Positions 9,692-18,693 of a DNA stretch of 64,000 bases are shown here, one piece after another. The notes below the pieces were generated by a model. The model did not search any database, was not told the DNA's origin, and was given only the letters and a program-made list of their open reading frames with translations. The stretch lies in NCBI GenBank assembly GCA_965247255.1, contig CBDFGS010000009.1, positions 416,964-480,963 on the forward strand, written 5' to 3'. How positions within the stretch are numbered: position 1 is the stretch's first letter; every line of letters starts with the position of its first letter. Origin of the DNA: Dehalococcoidia bacterium (GTDB taxonomy: Bacteria > Chloroflexota > Dehalococcoidia > Lucifugimonadales > CAUZJF01). Made by a program: the position numbers and the translations under genes.

Positions 9692-10198
9692 CTAACGGGG
9701 GTGCTCGACGCGCCAGCCCCTGATCATCTCCAGGGCGTGGGGGATAGCTGGAATCGCAACTTCGAGGCACTCTCTGACGCCGGTGGGGCTTCCCGGCAGG
9801 TTGACGATGAGGCAGCCGGAGCGCACACCGGCGATGGACCTGCTCAGCATCGCCATCGGAGTCTTCTGAAGTGTCTGCATGCGGGTGGCCTCGCTTATTC
9901 CCGGCACCTCGATGTCGATGACGGCCGCCGTGGCCTCCGGGGTCACGTCGCGCGGGCCAAGTCCAGTGCCTCCGGTGGTCAGCACAACGTCAACGTCGCC
10001 GCTGTCGCACCATGCGGCGAGCTTCTCCGAGACCAGTTCCTTCTCGTCCGCCACGATGTCTCGAAAGCGCTCTACGAACCCCTCCCTCTCCATCATCTGG
10101 CTAATCAGGTCGCCGCTGGTATCCTCGCGTTCCCCTTTGGACCCGGCGTCGCTCACGGTCAGGACCGCCAGGTGGAAACGGGGCTTTTGGTCGCTCAT
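9692..10198 (-). CDS. molybdenum cofactor biosynthesis protein, MogA/MoaB family
   Basis: 168 aa: AVLTVSDAGSKGEREDTSG...VVLTTGGTGLGPRDVTPEA...NLPGSP. Confidence 0.85.
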   Translation of the reverse strand: MSDQKPRFHLAVLTVSDAGSKGEREDTSGDLISQMMEREGFVERFRDIVADEKELVSEKLAAWCDSGDVDVVLTTGGTGLGPRDVTPEATAAVIDIEVPGISEATRMQTLQKTPMAMLSRSIAGVRSGCLIVNLPGSPTGVRECLEVAIPAIPHALEMIRGWRVEHPR

Positions 10199-10401
10199 GG
10201 CGAAAAACTGTACTTTTTCAGAAAAAGTCTTAAACGAGTACCAATTAGCCTTGCGTGCCCAGGGGACGCTTTGGGAGACTGCGGAGTACCTAGGCGCTTC
10301 TTCCTATCTCAAGGCTCAGCAGAGTGTAACACGCCTAGCGCGCCCCGGCCCCATTTGAGGGCCCCCTCGGTGGGAGTGGCCGAGGAGAGAGTGAGCCAGG
10401 C

Positions 10402-11322
10402 ATGAACGTGCACCATGTGCCGGTCATGGTAGACCAGGTACTGGACGCACTGATACCAGGCTCCCCGGGCGCTTATATTGATTGCACGGTGGGGGAAGGT
10501 GGACACGCTCAATCGATTCTCACAGCCGCGCCGCAGGAGTCGAGGCTCCTCGGTATCGACCTGGATGCTGACGCTCTGTCCACAGCCCGCGGGAGGCTTG
10601 AGCCGTTCGGCGACCGCGTCGCCCTCGTCCGTGGAAGCTTCGCCGAACTCGCTGAGTCCGCGGCACGGGCCGGTTTCGAGCCTGCCGACGGTGTGCTATT
10701 CGACCTAGGCCTATCATCAATGCAGCTACAGAACGCAGACAGAGGTTTCAGCTTCTCCAGGGCAGGCCGCCTGGATATGCGGTTCGACGCGAGGCAGTCG
10801 CTCACCGCGCTCCAGTTGGTCAACGGGCTGCCGGAAAGCGAACTCGCAGATACGATATACCGGTTCGGCGAGGAGCGCTTCTCGAGGCGGGTTGCCAGGG
10901 CGATCGTCAGAGCGCGGCGATTGGAGACGACGGTGCAACTGGCCTCCGTGGTCGCCGGGGCTGTGCGGGCGCGGCGCGGGGGAATCCACCCCGCGACCCG
11001 TGTGTTTCAGGCGCTGCGGATCGCCGTGAACGGCGAGCTTGACAACCTGCGTGCCGGCTTGGAGCAGGCCTTACGCGTCCTTCGGTCTGGTGGGCGATTG
11101 GCGGTCATCAGCTACCACTCGCTGGAGGACCGATTGGTCAAAGAGACCTTCAAGCGCGAGAGCTCCGCGTGCATCTGCCCGCCTGAAACGCCGGTCTGCA
11201 TCTGCGGCCACGAACCGACAGTGAGATTGGTCAACCGGAGGGTGATCAGGCCCTCTCAGGAGGAGCGGGTCGAAAACCCAAGGAGCAGGAGCGCCCGGCT
11301 GAGGGTAGCCGAACGACTATGA
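10402..11322 (+). CDS. rsmH: 16S rRNA (cytosine1402-N4)-methyltransferase
   Basis: 306 aa: HVPVMVDQVLDAL...DCTVGEGGHAQ...DLGLSSMQL...RGFSF...SYHSLEDR. Confidence 0.9.
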   Translation: MNVHHVPVMVDQVLDALIPGSPGAYIDCTVGEGGHAQSILTAAPQESRLLGIDLDADALSTARGRLEPFGDRVALVRGSFAELAESAARAGFEPADGVLFDLGLSSMQLQNADRGFSFSRAGRLDMRFDARQSLTALQLVNGLPESELADTIYRFGEERFSRRVARAIVRARRLETTVQLASVVAGAVRARRGGIHPATRVFQALRIAVNGELDNLRAGLEQALRVLRSGGRLAVISYHSLEDRLVKETFKRESSACICPPETPVCICGHEPTVRLVNRRVIRPSQEERVENPRSRSARLRVAERL

Positions 11323-12644
11323 GTCAGAAAGTCAGCACGATGAGCAACGGAGCCCCCGATATGCTTGAAGATAACCATTTGATCGCAGCCATCGACGTCG
11401 GCACCACAAAGGTGTGCACGATTCTTGGGCACCGGGCCGGAGCCAAGGGGATTCGAGTCCTGGCCCACAGCTCGGTGCCCTGCAACGGCCTGAGCAAAGG
11501 TAACGTCGCCGACGTTGCAGCCACGACCAAGGCGATCAGGCGCTCCGTTCACTTGGTGCAGAAACAGACCGGCCGCCGCGTGGAGTCCGCCTTCGTAGGA
11601 GTCACCGGCTCCCACATCGGCTTCCAAAACAGGCGCGACCAGCTTAGTTCAATAGGGAAAAACGGCGTGATAACCGCCGACGACCTTGCGCGAACGCCCG
11701 AACCTCTGGCCGAGTCTATCGCCGAGCCCGGACGCCAGCTTATACACGCGATAAGGATGAGCTACACCCTGGACGGCGAGTCCGGCATCCGGAACCCGCT
11801 TGGGATGCACAGCAGCTCTGTGGAGGCGGATACGCATCTGACCACAGGCGGCGCAGCCTTCGTCAAACGGCTGGTCCAGGCCGTCGAGGACGCCGGAATC
11901 AAGATAGCTAGCCTGGTGCTCGAGCCGCTGGCGAGCGCCGTTGCCGTGCTCACTCCTGAAGAGAAGGAGCGCGGGGCGGTGATCGTCGACATAGGCGGCG
12001 GCACCACCGACCTGGTCGCCTTCAAGAGTGGCCGGGTCTGCTTCTCGGCGGTGATCCCAGTCGCGGGGTTCCAGTTCACGAACGACATCGCTCTCACGTA
12101 TCACACGCCGTACGAGGCTGCGGAGAAGGTGAAGCTGGAGTACGCGAGCACCGACATGCAGATCTCCGGCCCCAACGAGCAGATCTCCCTACCAATCGTA
12201 GGGAGGGATGTGGAGCTTCAGATTCGACGGCTGGACGTATGCCAGCTTGCCCGCGAGAGAGGGCAGGAGCTGGCGCGTCTTGTCAAACTGAAGCTCGACG
12301 AGGCGGAGCTGGGGGAATACAGGGTCGTGCTTACCGGCGGGACATCCAATCTTCCGGGTCTCGCAGCGCTAATGCAGAGGACCCTGACCTCCATCGTGAG
12401 GCAGGGAGTGCCCGATGCGGAGGGCCGACTCCCGGAGGAGCTCAAGAGCTCTGCTTACGCCACAGGGGTAGGAATTCTTCAGTGGGCCGCGACGGAGTAT
12501 GTCCCCTCCCCTCTCGAGTTGGAGGCGGAGGCCATTGCGGCCTCAAATGAACAGGCCGAAGGATGGATGACACGTCTCTGGAGACAGTTCGGCACGAAGC
12601 TTGCGCCACTGGCGCTGATGGCAACCAAAAAGGGGAGGGTCTGA
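11319..12644 (+). CDS. ftsA: cell division protein FtsA
   Basis: 441 aa with an actin-like fold pattern (AIDVGTTKVCT...VDIGGGTTDL...LTGGTSNLPGL). There is an ATGA overlap with the rsmH stop. Confidence 0.9.
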   Translation: MSQKVSTMSNGAPDMLEDNHLIAAIDVGTTKVCTILGHRAGAKGIRVLAHSSVPCNGLSKGNVADVAATTKAIRRSVHLVQKQTGRRVESAFVGVTGSHIGFQNRRDQLSSIGKNGVITADDLARTPEPLAESIAEPGRQLIHAIRMSYTLDGESGIRNPLGMHSSSVEADTHLTTGGAAFVKRLVQAVEDAGIKIASLVLEPLASAVAVLTPEEKERGAVIVDIGGGTTDLVAFKSGRVCFSAVIPVAGFQFTNDIALTYHTPYEAAEKVKLEYASTDMQISGPNEQISLPIVGRDVELQIRRLDVCQLARERGQELARLVKLKLDEAELGEYRVVLTGGTSNLPGLAALMQRTLTSIVRQGVPDAEGRLPEELKSSAYATGVGILQWAATEYVPSPLELEAEAIAASNEQAEGWMTRLWRQFGTKLAPLALMATKKGRV

Positions 12645-13744
12645 TGGTAGTAAATCACCGGGAGCACAACACGACGGCAAACATAAAGGTGGTGGGCGTC
12701 GGCGGGGGAGGCTCCAATGCCGTCTCCAGAATGTTCAGAGAGAGGGTCTCCGGGATCGAATACATGGTGGTCAATACCGACACGCAGGCGCTGCTGATGT
12801 GCGACGTCCCCCTGAGGATCGGTATCGGCGACGAGCTGACCGGCGGCAAGGGAGTCGGCGGCAGTCCCGAGCTAGGCGCCAGGGCGGCCGAAGAGAGCCG
12901 CGAGGACCTCCACGAGGCGGTGCGCGACACCGATATGGTCTTCGTCGCCGCGGGCATGGGTGGCGGGACCGGCACCGGCGCCTCGCCTGTAATCGCCAGC
13001 GTCATCCGAGAAACGGGCGCCCTGACGGTCGGCGTGGTCACCACGCCGTTCGGCTTCGAGGGGATCCGGCGGATGAGGACCGCGGAGGAGGGGATCAGCC
13101 GGCTCAAAGAGAACGTCGACACCCTTCTCGTCATCCCCAACGAGCGTTTGCACACACTCTCCGAGGACGAGATCACGACGGAGAACGCCTTCAAGATGGC
13201 CGACGACGTGCTTCGGCTGGGCGTGCAGTCCATCGCCGAGCTGGTAACCGTCCCGGGCGAAATCAACCTGGACTTCGCCGACGTGCAGGCGGTGATGCGC
13301 AACGCCGGCCCCGCCTGGATGTCCATCGGCTGGGGCGTCGGCGACAACCGCGCCAAGGAGGCGGCGCAGCAGGCTATCTCCAATCCGCTGCTGGACGTCT
13401 CGATCGAGGGCGCCACCGGCGTGCTGTTCAACATCACCGGTGGGTCGGACCTGAAGCTCTCGGAGCTTCACGACGCGGCCGAGGTGATTCAGCGGGTAGT
13501 AGACCCGGACTGCAACATCATCTTCGGCATGGTCACGGACCAGAAGCTGGAGAACGAGATCAAGCTGACGGTCATCGCCACCGGGTTCCCGACCTCGGAG
13601 AACATCCGGGAGAAGAGCGACGACCTGAACGAGATGCTGCGAGAGGCGCTGGCCACCGGCGACTCCGAGCTGGACCTTCCCCCGTTCCTGCGCCGGATAT
13701 CGAAGTATCGCGGCAACGGCCGCAGCCAGGTAGCTGCCGGCTAG
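12644..13744 (+). CDS. ftsZ: cell division GTPase FtsZ
   Basis: GGGGSNAV, the tubulin signature GGGTGTGA, and a C-terminal DLPPFLRR peptide. I place the start at the ATG at 12644, which overlaps the ftsA stop (TGATG) and follows AAGGGGAGGG, rather than at the track start 12563. Confidence 0.93.
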   Translation: MVVNHREHNTTANIKVVGVGGGGSNAVSRMFRERVSGIEYMVVNTDTQALLMCDVPLRIGIGDELTGGKGVGGSPELGARAAEESREDLHEAVRDTDMVFVAAGMGGGTGTGASPVIASVIRETGALTVGVVTTPFGFEGIRRMRTAEEGISRLKENVDTLLVIPNERLHTLSEDEITTENAFKMADDVLRLGVQSIAELVTVPGEINLDFADVQAVMRNAGPAWMSIGWGVGDNRAKEAAQQAISNPLLDVSIEGATGVLFNITGGSDLKLSELHDAAEVIQRVVDPDCNIIFGMVTDQKLENEIKLTVIATGFPTSENIREKSDDLNEMLREALATGDSELDLPPFLRRISKYRGNGRSQVAAG

Positions 13745-13780
13745 CTACACACACCGCACTTCATTCCTCCTCCTCAGAAG

Positions 13781-13820
13781 AACGGGCCCCGAGAAATCGA
13801 GGCCCGTTTTTCTTTTCTGT
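13781..13820 (+). terminator. intrinsic terminator after ftsZ
   Basis: Stem AACGGGCC...GGCCCGTT followed by TTTTCTTTTCTG. Confidence 0.65.
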
Positions 13821-14115
13821 TCGAGTTTGAGTGGAGATGGCGGTGTCATTCCCGCTAGAATGACGCTGTTCTCATCCAGTAGCGTGACCGAGACAGACGG
13901 CCATGACGATTTCGGGAGGAGCGAGGAATCTACAGGGCCGTGTAGGGAAGCAAAAAGGAACTGTTCGGCTGCGGGCGCTCTTAGACCTTCGGCCCGAGGC
14001 GGGCCTCAGCCTCCGGGTGTTCTAGTCCCGTCGCCGAATAATCTGACTGAAGGTCGTAAGATGCCCGCTTCCGTAACTCGAACCCACAGCGCATTCTGCT
14101 GAGAGGAGATCCGGT

Positions 14116-14493
14116 GTGCTGCTGATTCTGCTTGTTGGAACGGGAGGGTTCGTGGGAGCAGTGATGCGCTACCTCATAGGAGGCTGGGCCGATGAGCTAC
14201 TTCGAGGCCCTTGGTTTCCTTACGGAACAATCGTCGTGAATCTGGTTGGCTGCCTGTTGATAGGCTTAATCGCGGGGCTGACAGAGACTCGCCAGATGTT
14301 CGGCCCCGAAGCCCGGGCCTTCATCCTGATCGGCCTACTCGGCGGGTTCACAACGTTCTCTGCCTTCGGCTATGAGACGATGACGCTCGCCCGCGAAGGA
14401 GAGCCAGTTGCAGCGATGGCCAATATCGCGGTGCAAGTCGGGGTTGGCCTGACCGCAGTATGGGCTGGCTATGGCCTTTCCCGCTTAGCATGA
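14116..14493 (+). CDS. crcB: fluoride ion channel CrcB/FluC
   Basis: 125 aa with 4 TM helices: GGFVGAVMRY...NLVGCLLIG...GGFTTFSAF. Confidence 0.9.
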   Translation: MLLILLVGTGGFVGAVMRYLIGGWADELLRGPWFPYGTIVVNLVGCLLIGLIAGLTETRQMFGPEARAFILIGLLGGFTTFSAFGYETMTLAREGEPVAAMANIAVQVGVGLTAVWAGYGLSRLA

Positions 14494-14736
14494 CCTGATG
14501 TGCAGCGTTGCCCGCATTCGAATGCCGTTCTCATCGTGACAGGCCGTGGGCGATGGGTCGCCTTAGTCACCGCGAGCTCTCTAGCGCCGAGATCGACGGC
14601 GCCGTCTCCACGATCCGTATCGATCCCTCGGGGCCGCCGCCAACCGCCTCTGTCGTTGTCAGGGAAGACGTCAGGATTTAGTGTTGAAGGATTACTGTCA
14701 CTAGCATCAGTCCTCAGAGCCTACTTTAGATAATGC

Positions 14737-14790
14737 TTGACAAACACTACATCTGGTGCTAAAGTCTACGGGCTCTACAACATCTTGCGG
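14737..14790 (+). promoter_or_regulatory. promoter with two NrdR-box-like palindromes upstream of nrdR
   Basis: TTGACA (14737-14742), 17 nt, TAAAGT (14760-14765). Box 1 is ACACTACATCTGGTGC (14744-14759) and box 2 is CTACAACATCTTGCGG (14775-14790), with centres 31 bp apart. Compared with the remembered NrdR-box consensus acaCwAtATaTwGtgt they match at 12/16 and 10/16 positions by my count. Confidence 0.5.
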
Positions 14791-14830
14791 CAGGAGAAGC
14801 CGTTGGGGGCCCCGCTCCACCGCCGCCCAC

Positions 14831-15385
14831 TTGCTCTGCCCATCCTGTAACCACGACGACTCCAGGGTCATCGATTCGCGGGACTCCGGCGACGGCATTC
14901 GCCGCCGCCGCGAGTGCACCAAGTGCGGCCGCCGGTTCACCACCTACGAGCGGATACAGACCAGGGTGCTGCTCGTGCGCAAGAGCGACGGGCGGCAGGA
15001 GGAGTTCGATAGGGACAAGCTCTGGAGCAGCGTTACCAAGGCCTGCGTGAAGCGGCCGCTGCCGACGGGGACCATCGAGAAGATCGTTCAGGAGATCGAG
15101 TCGGCGCTTTCCGACAGCGGACGCGCTGAGGTCCCTTCCAGGGCGATCGGCGAGATGGTGATCGAACGGTTAAAGAAGCTGGACGCGGTGGCGTATATTC
15201 GGTTCGCGAGCGTGTACCGCGACTTTCGGGACATCGAGAGATTCAAGGATGAGATCGAAGCGATTCTGGAGCCGGAGGCCGAGCCGGAAGAGTCCGGCAG
15301 CAGCCAGCTCTCGTTCCTCGAGGACGAAGAGGTGATGCCCGCGCCGCGCCGCCGCCGAGGGCGCCCGCGACGTCAGCCTGAGTAG
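14831..15385 (+). CDS. nrdR: transcriptional repressor NrdR
   Basis: Zinc ribbon CPSC...CTKCGRRFTTYER plus an ATP-cone. I start at the TTG at 14831 (giving MLCPSCNHDDSRV), because the track ORF beginning at 14756 adds a non-homologous N-terminal extension. Confidence 0.88.
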   Translation: MLCPSCNHDDSRVIDSRDSGDGIRRRRECTKCGRRFTTYERIQTRVLLVRKSDGRQEEFDRDKLWSSVTKACVKRPLPTGTIEKIVQEIESALSDSGRAEVPSRAIGEMVIERLKKLDAVAYIRFASVYRDFRDIERFKDEIEAILEPEAEPEESGSSQLSFLEDEEVMPAPRRRRGRPRRQPE

Positions 15386-15612
15386 GCAACTAGGGCTTCC
15401 AGAGCAACAGTAGACCACATGTTCTTCTCCATGGTACCGTTACGGAGACCCGCGCTAGCCGGAATGAGCAAGCCCGCTCAAGTCCTCATAGTGCTGATCG
15501 CAATGGCCTTCATCGTAATCGCCGTCGTTGGGGCCATTATCCAGGTCTTGGCCTGATAGAACGCCGACGAAGTCGCTTGGCATCGGAAAATACTGGATCC
15601 AGGAGTCGAGTC

Positions 15613-18051
15613 ATGAGTAAAGACGGTAACAACGGGACACACCGCAACGAAGGGGCCCGTGCCGTCAGGTCAGTAGATGTGGCCACCAACGGCCACGTCG
15701 AGCTGAGCGAGAACGCGCGTATCGTGCTGGAGAAGCGGTACCTGCGCAAGGACTCCGAGGGCAATATCGTGGAGGACCCCCAGGGGATGTTCCGGCGGGT
15801 GGCACACGCCATCGCTCAACCCGAGCTCGACCTAGGCAGTGACGCCGATGTGAGCGCCTGGGAAGAGAAATTCTATGACATCATGGCCCGCCTGGAGTTC
15901 GTGCCCAACTCCCCTACCCTAATGAACGCCGGCATACAGCAGCCCAGCGGCCAGGGTACCGGCACCCTCTCTGCCTGCTTCGTCATGGGCCTGGAAGACA
16001 AGATGGACGGCATCATGACCACGGCCAAGGAGATGGCCATGGTGCAGAAGTTCGGCGGGGGTACTGGCTTTGCGCTTTCGAACATCCGGCCTAAGGGCTC
16101 GCACATCAGCACGACGCACGGCAAGGCGTGCGGCCCCATCGCGGTCCTGCGTCACCTCTCGTCGGTGTCCAAGCTCGTCACCCAGGGCGGCAAGCGCGAC
16201 GGCGCCAACATGGCGGTTATGGACGTGCACCATCCGGACATCCTGGAGTTCATCGACTGCAAGCGCCAGGAGGGCGAGATCCACAACTTCAACATCTCCG
16301 TGGGCGCCACCCACGAGTTCATGGAGGCGGTGGCGGCGGGGTCCGACTACGCCCTTCGTGCCAAGGCGGACCCGGCGGACCTCGACTCTCCGGAAGTAGA
16401 GGTGGGCCGGCTCGATGCCAGGGAAGTCTTCGGCAAGATCATCGACGGCGCGTGGCGCAACGGGGAGCCGGGCATGGTGTTCCTGGACTGGGTCAACCAC
16501 AAGAACCCGACGCCGCACCTGGGACGCATGACCGCAACGAACCCGTGCGGCGAGCAGCCCCTCCTCCCCTTCGAGTCGTGCAACCTCGGCTCGATCAACC
16601 TAGACAAGTTCATCACGAAACGCGACGGCGCTCTAGAGGTGGACTACGACCACCTACGCGAGGTGGTCCGGACGACGACGCGTTTCCTGGACAACGTCAT
16701 CGACGCTAACTCGTACTCCGTTGACAAGATTGAGGATATGACGCGCGCGACCCGCAAGATCGGCCTGGGCGTGATGGGGTTCGCGGACATGCTCGCGCGG
16801 CTCCGCATCCCATACGACTCCGAGGAGGGACTCGAGCTGGGCCGAAAGATCATGCGCTTCGTGATGGAGGAGTCCGACGCTACGTCGGAGGAGCTGGCCG
16901 AGGAGCGGGGCACGTTCCCCGCCTTCGAGGGCAGCATCTACGACGCCGAGGGGCAGCCGAAGATGCGCAACGCGTGCCGGCTCACCGTGGCGCCGACCGG
17001 CACCATATCGATGATCGCGGGATGCTCCAGCGGCATAGAGCCCCTCTTCGCGCTCTGCTATCACAAACACAACATCCTCGGCGGCGAGAGCCTGCTGTAC
17101 GTCGACCGCGGCTTCGAAGAGGCCGCCCGAGACGGCGGCTTTCATAGCCCGGAGCTGATGCAGTACCTGGCCGACGGTGGGTCATTGCAGGAGCGCGACG
17201 ACGTTCCCGACTGGGCGAGACAGGTCTTCGTCACCTCCGCTGACATATCGCCCGAGATGCACGTCCGAATGCAGGCTGTATTTCAGGAGAGCGTCGACGC
17301 GGCCATATCGAAGACGATCAACTTCCCTAACAGCGCCACCGAGGACGACGTGCGGCGCGCCTACATGCTCGCGTGGGAGCTGGGTTGCAAGGGCATCACG
17401 GTGTACCGCGCCGGCAGCCGGGAGGCTGAGGTCCTCACCAAGGGGGCCGAGCGAGCTGCGGTCCAAGAGAGCCCCCCGGAGACCGAGCAGCCGCAAAGCC
17501 TCCTGATGGAGCGGGCGAGGCCGTCGGTGGTAACCGGCGTCACCGAGCGTATCAGGACGGCCCACGGCAACCTCTTCGTCACCATCAACTACGACGAGGA
17601 CGGCCGCCCATTCGAGGTGTTCGCGTCTCTTGGCAAGGCCGGCAGCACCGAGTCGGCCCACCTCGAGGCTATAACGCGCCTTGCCACAATGGCCCTGCGC
17701 GCCGGCGTAGACCCCAACCAGATCATTGAGCATCTGCGCGGCATAACCGACGAGCCGGTCTGGGACGGCGGCACGCTGGTCCGCTCCGCGCCCGATGCTG
17801 TAGCCCTCGTGCTGGCGCGCCATCTGGACGCGGGCGGCGACCGCCTGCCGGACGCCGACGCACACAGCGGAGGTTCTGCGGCCCAGCTGGGGCTGTTCCC
17901 ACCGCGCAGAGAGTCCATCGCTCCCATCGACTCCGGCAACGGGCATTCGGATGCGAGCGTCACGCGGTGCCCCGACTGCTCCATAGGAAAGCTCGTGCAC
18001 CAGGAAGGCTGCATGCGGTGCCCGGAGTGCGGCTATAACAAGTGCGAGTAG
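15613..18051 (+). CDS. nrdJ: adenosylcobalamin-dependent ribonucleotide reductase, class II
   Basis: 812 aa: EKRYLRKD...NSPTLMNAG...LSACFV...NPCGEQPL...CNLGSINL, and a C-terminal zinc-finger tail CPDC...CMRCPECG. The start is the ATG at 15613, 7 nt after AGGAG. Confidence 0.9.
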   Translation: MSKDGNNGTHRNEGARAVRSVDVATNGHVELSENARIVLEKRYLRKDSEGNIVEDPQGMFRRVAHAIAQPELDLGSDADVSAWEEKFYDIMARLEFVPNSPTLMNAGIQQPSGQGTGTLSACFVMGLEDKMDGIMTTAKEMAMVQKFGGGTGFALSNIRPKGSHISTTHGKACGPIAVLRHLSSVSKLVTQGGKRDGANMAVMDVHHPDILEFIDCKRQEGEIHNFNISVGATHEFMEAVAAGSDYALRAKADPADLDSPEVEVGRLDAREVFGKIIDGAWRNGEPGMVFLDWVNHKNPTPHLGRMTATNPCGEQPLLPFESCNLGSINLDKFITKRDGALEVDYDHLREVVRTTTRFLDNVIDANSYSVDKIEDMTRATRKIGLGVMGFADMLARLRIPYDSEEGLELGRKIMRFVMEESDATSEELAEERGTFPAFEGSIYDAEGQPKMRNACRLTVAPTGTISMIAGCSSGIEPLFALCYHKHNILGGESLLYVDRGFEEAARDGGFHSPELMQYLADGGSLQERDDVPDWARQVFVTSADISPEMHVRMQAVFQESVDAAISKTINFPNSATEDDVRRAYMLAWELGCKGITVYRAGSREAEVLTKGAERAAVQESPPETEQPQSLLMERARPSVVTGVTERIRTAHGNLFVTINYDEDGRPFEVFASLGKAGSTESAHLEAITRLATMALRAGVDPNQIIEHLRGITDEPVWDGGTLVRSAPDAVALVLARHLDAGGDRLPDADAHSGGSAAQLGLFPPRRESIAPIDSGNGHSDASVTRCPDCSIGKLVHQEGCMRCPECGYNKCE

Positions 18052-18148
18052 CTCTCCATAAGGCGGCTTGTCTCGAAGTTGCCGGGGCACGGGTCCTTCG
18101 ACTAGCTATCGAGTAACCGCGCCGATCTGCGTTCATGTCCCGAGCAGA

Positions 18149-18239
18149 GGGCGGGTTTCAAACCCGCCCCTACGATTCCTCCCGTGTAGTTACTTGACTG
18201 ATGCACGGTTCGGCCCGCCCGACGTACGGTGCTCAGGAC
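18149..18239. repeat. 91-nt structured REP-like element, copy 2
   Basis: Near-identical to 3831-3921. The differences fall largely in stems as G-U or compensatory-looking changes. Confidence 0.85.
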
Positions 18240-18278
18240 AGGCTTGTCGGACCAGGGGTCAACTGTTGGAGGCGAGGG

Positions 18279-18503
18279 ATGGAACAGGACGCACCCAGCA
18301 AGCTGTTTGAAAGGCGCCGCTACCTTCAAGACCGCCTGGACCGGCTACAGGAAGAGGCGCGTCTGATCTGGCGCAGCGTCGGCGTGTCCTATACGAACGG
18401 TGCGCAGCCGCCTCATCCGAACATCCTCAGCGACCAGCAGCTAGAGATACTCAACGACAATCAGCGCGAGCAGGAGCAACTGCGGAGCGAGATGCGGGTC
18501 TAG
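18279..18503 (+). CDS. small coiled-coil protein, unknown function
   Basis: 74 aa starting at an ATG that follows GGAGGCGAGGG. The upstream part of the track ORF (from 18201) runs through the REP element, so I trimmed it. Confidence 0.45.
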   Translation: MEQDAPSKLFERRRYLQDRLDRLQEEARLIWRSVGVSYTNGAQPPHPNILSDQQLEILNDNQREQEQLRSEMRV

Positions 18504-18553
18504 CACCTGGTGGCCTAGTTGAGCGCCAAATTACGACCTGGTTAGCGCGGACG

Positions 18554-18595
18554 GACCACCCTCACCTCAGTCCTCTCCCGTCAAGGGAGAGGAGG
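18554..18595. repeat. REP family CCACCCTCACCTCAGTCCTCTCCC...GGGAGAGGAGG
   Basis: Same family as 8393-8436 and 42117-42168. Confidence 0.8.
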
Positions 18596-18693
18596 CAAGT
18601 AACTTCCAGCCGGCGATCTCTGGATTCCCTTCGCGACGTCGACTTCGTATGACGTGCTAGCTGAGGTGGCCGAAGCGCGTCGTCCCATCACCC

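Noticed and set aside
10204-10232. AT-rich inverted repeat GAAAAACTGTACTTTTTC in the MogA-family gene/rsmH divergent region, considered as a MraZ operator
   Set aside because: No mraZ gene is present, and MraZ sites are direct GTG/TGGG repeats. It more likely belongs to ordinary divergent promoters, and the evidence is insufficient to call it.
12799-13830. 343-aa Arg/Gly-rich plus-strand ORF, and the 260-aa and 199-aa minus-strand ORFs that overlap ftsZ
   Set aside because: They are shadow ORFs typical of high-GC DNA, with low-complexity R/G/P/A composition. The ftsZ frame carries unmistakable conserved motifs.
13990-14115. Fluoride (crcB-motif) riboswitch upstream of crcB
   Set aside because: I expected one and searched for the remembered core (GGCGAUGG.GUUCGCC ... 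AAACGCC ... CUAAUGA..CCUAC). Only loose fragments are present (GGGUGUUC, CGCCGAAUAA, AAGAUGCCCGC), with the wrong spacing. A cmsearch with RF01734 would settle it.
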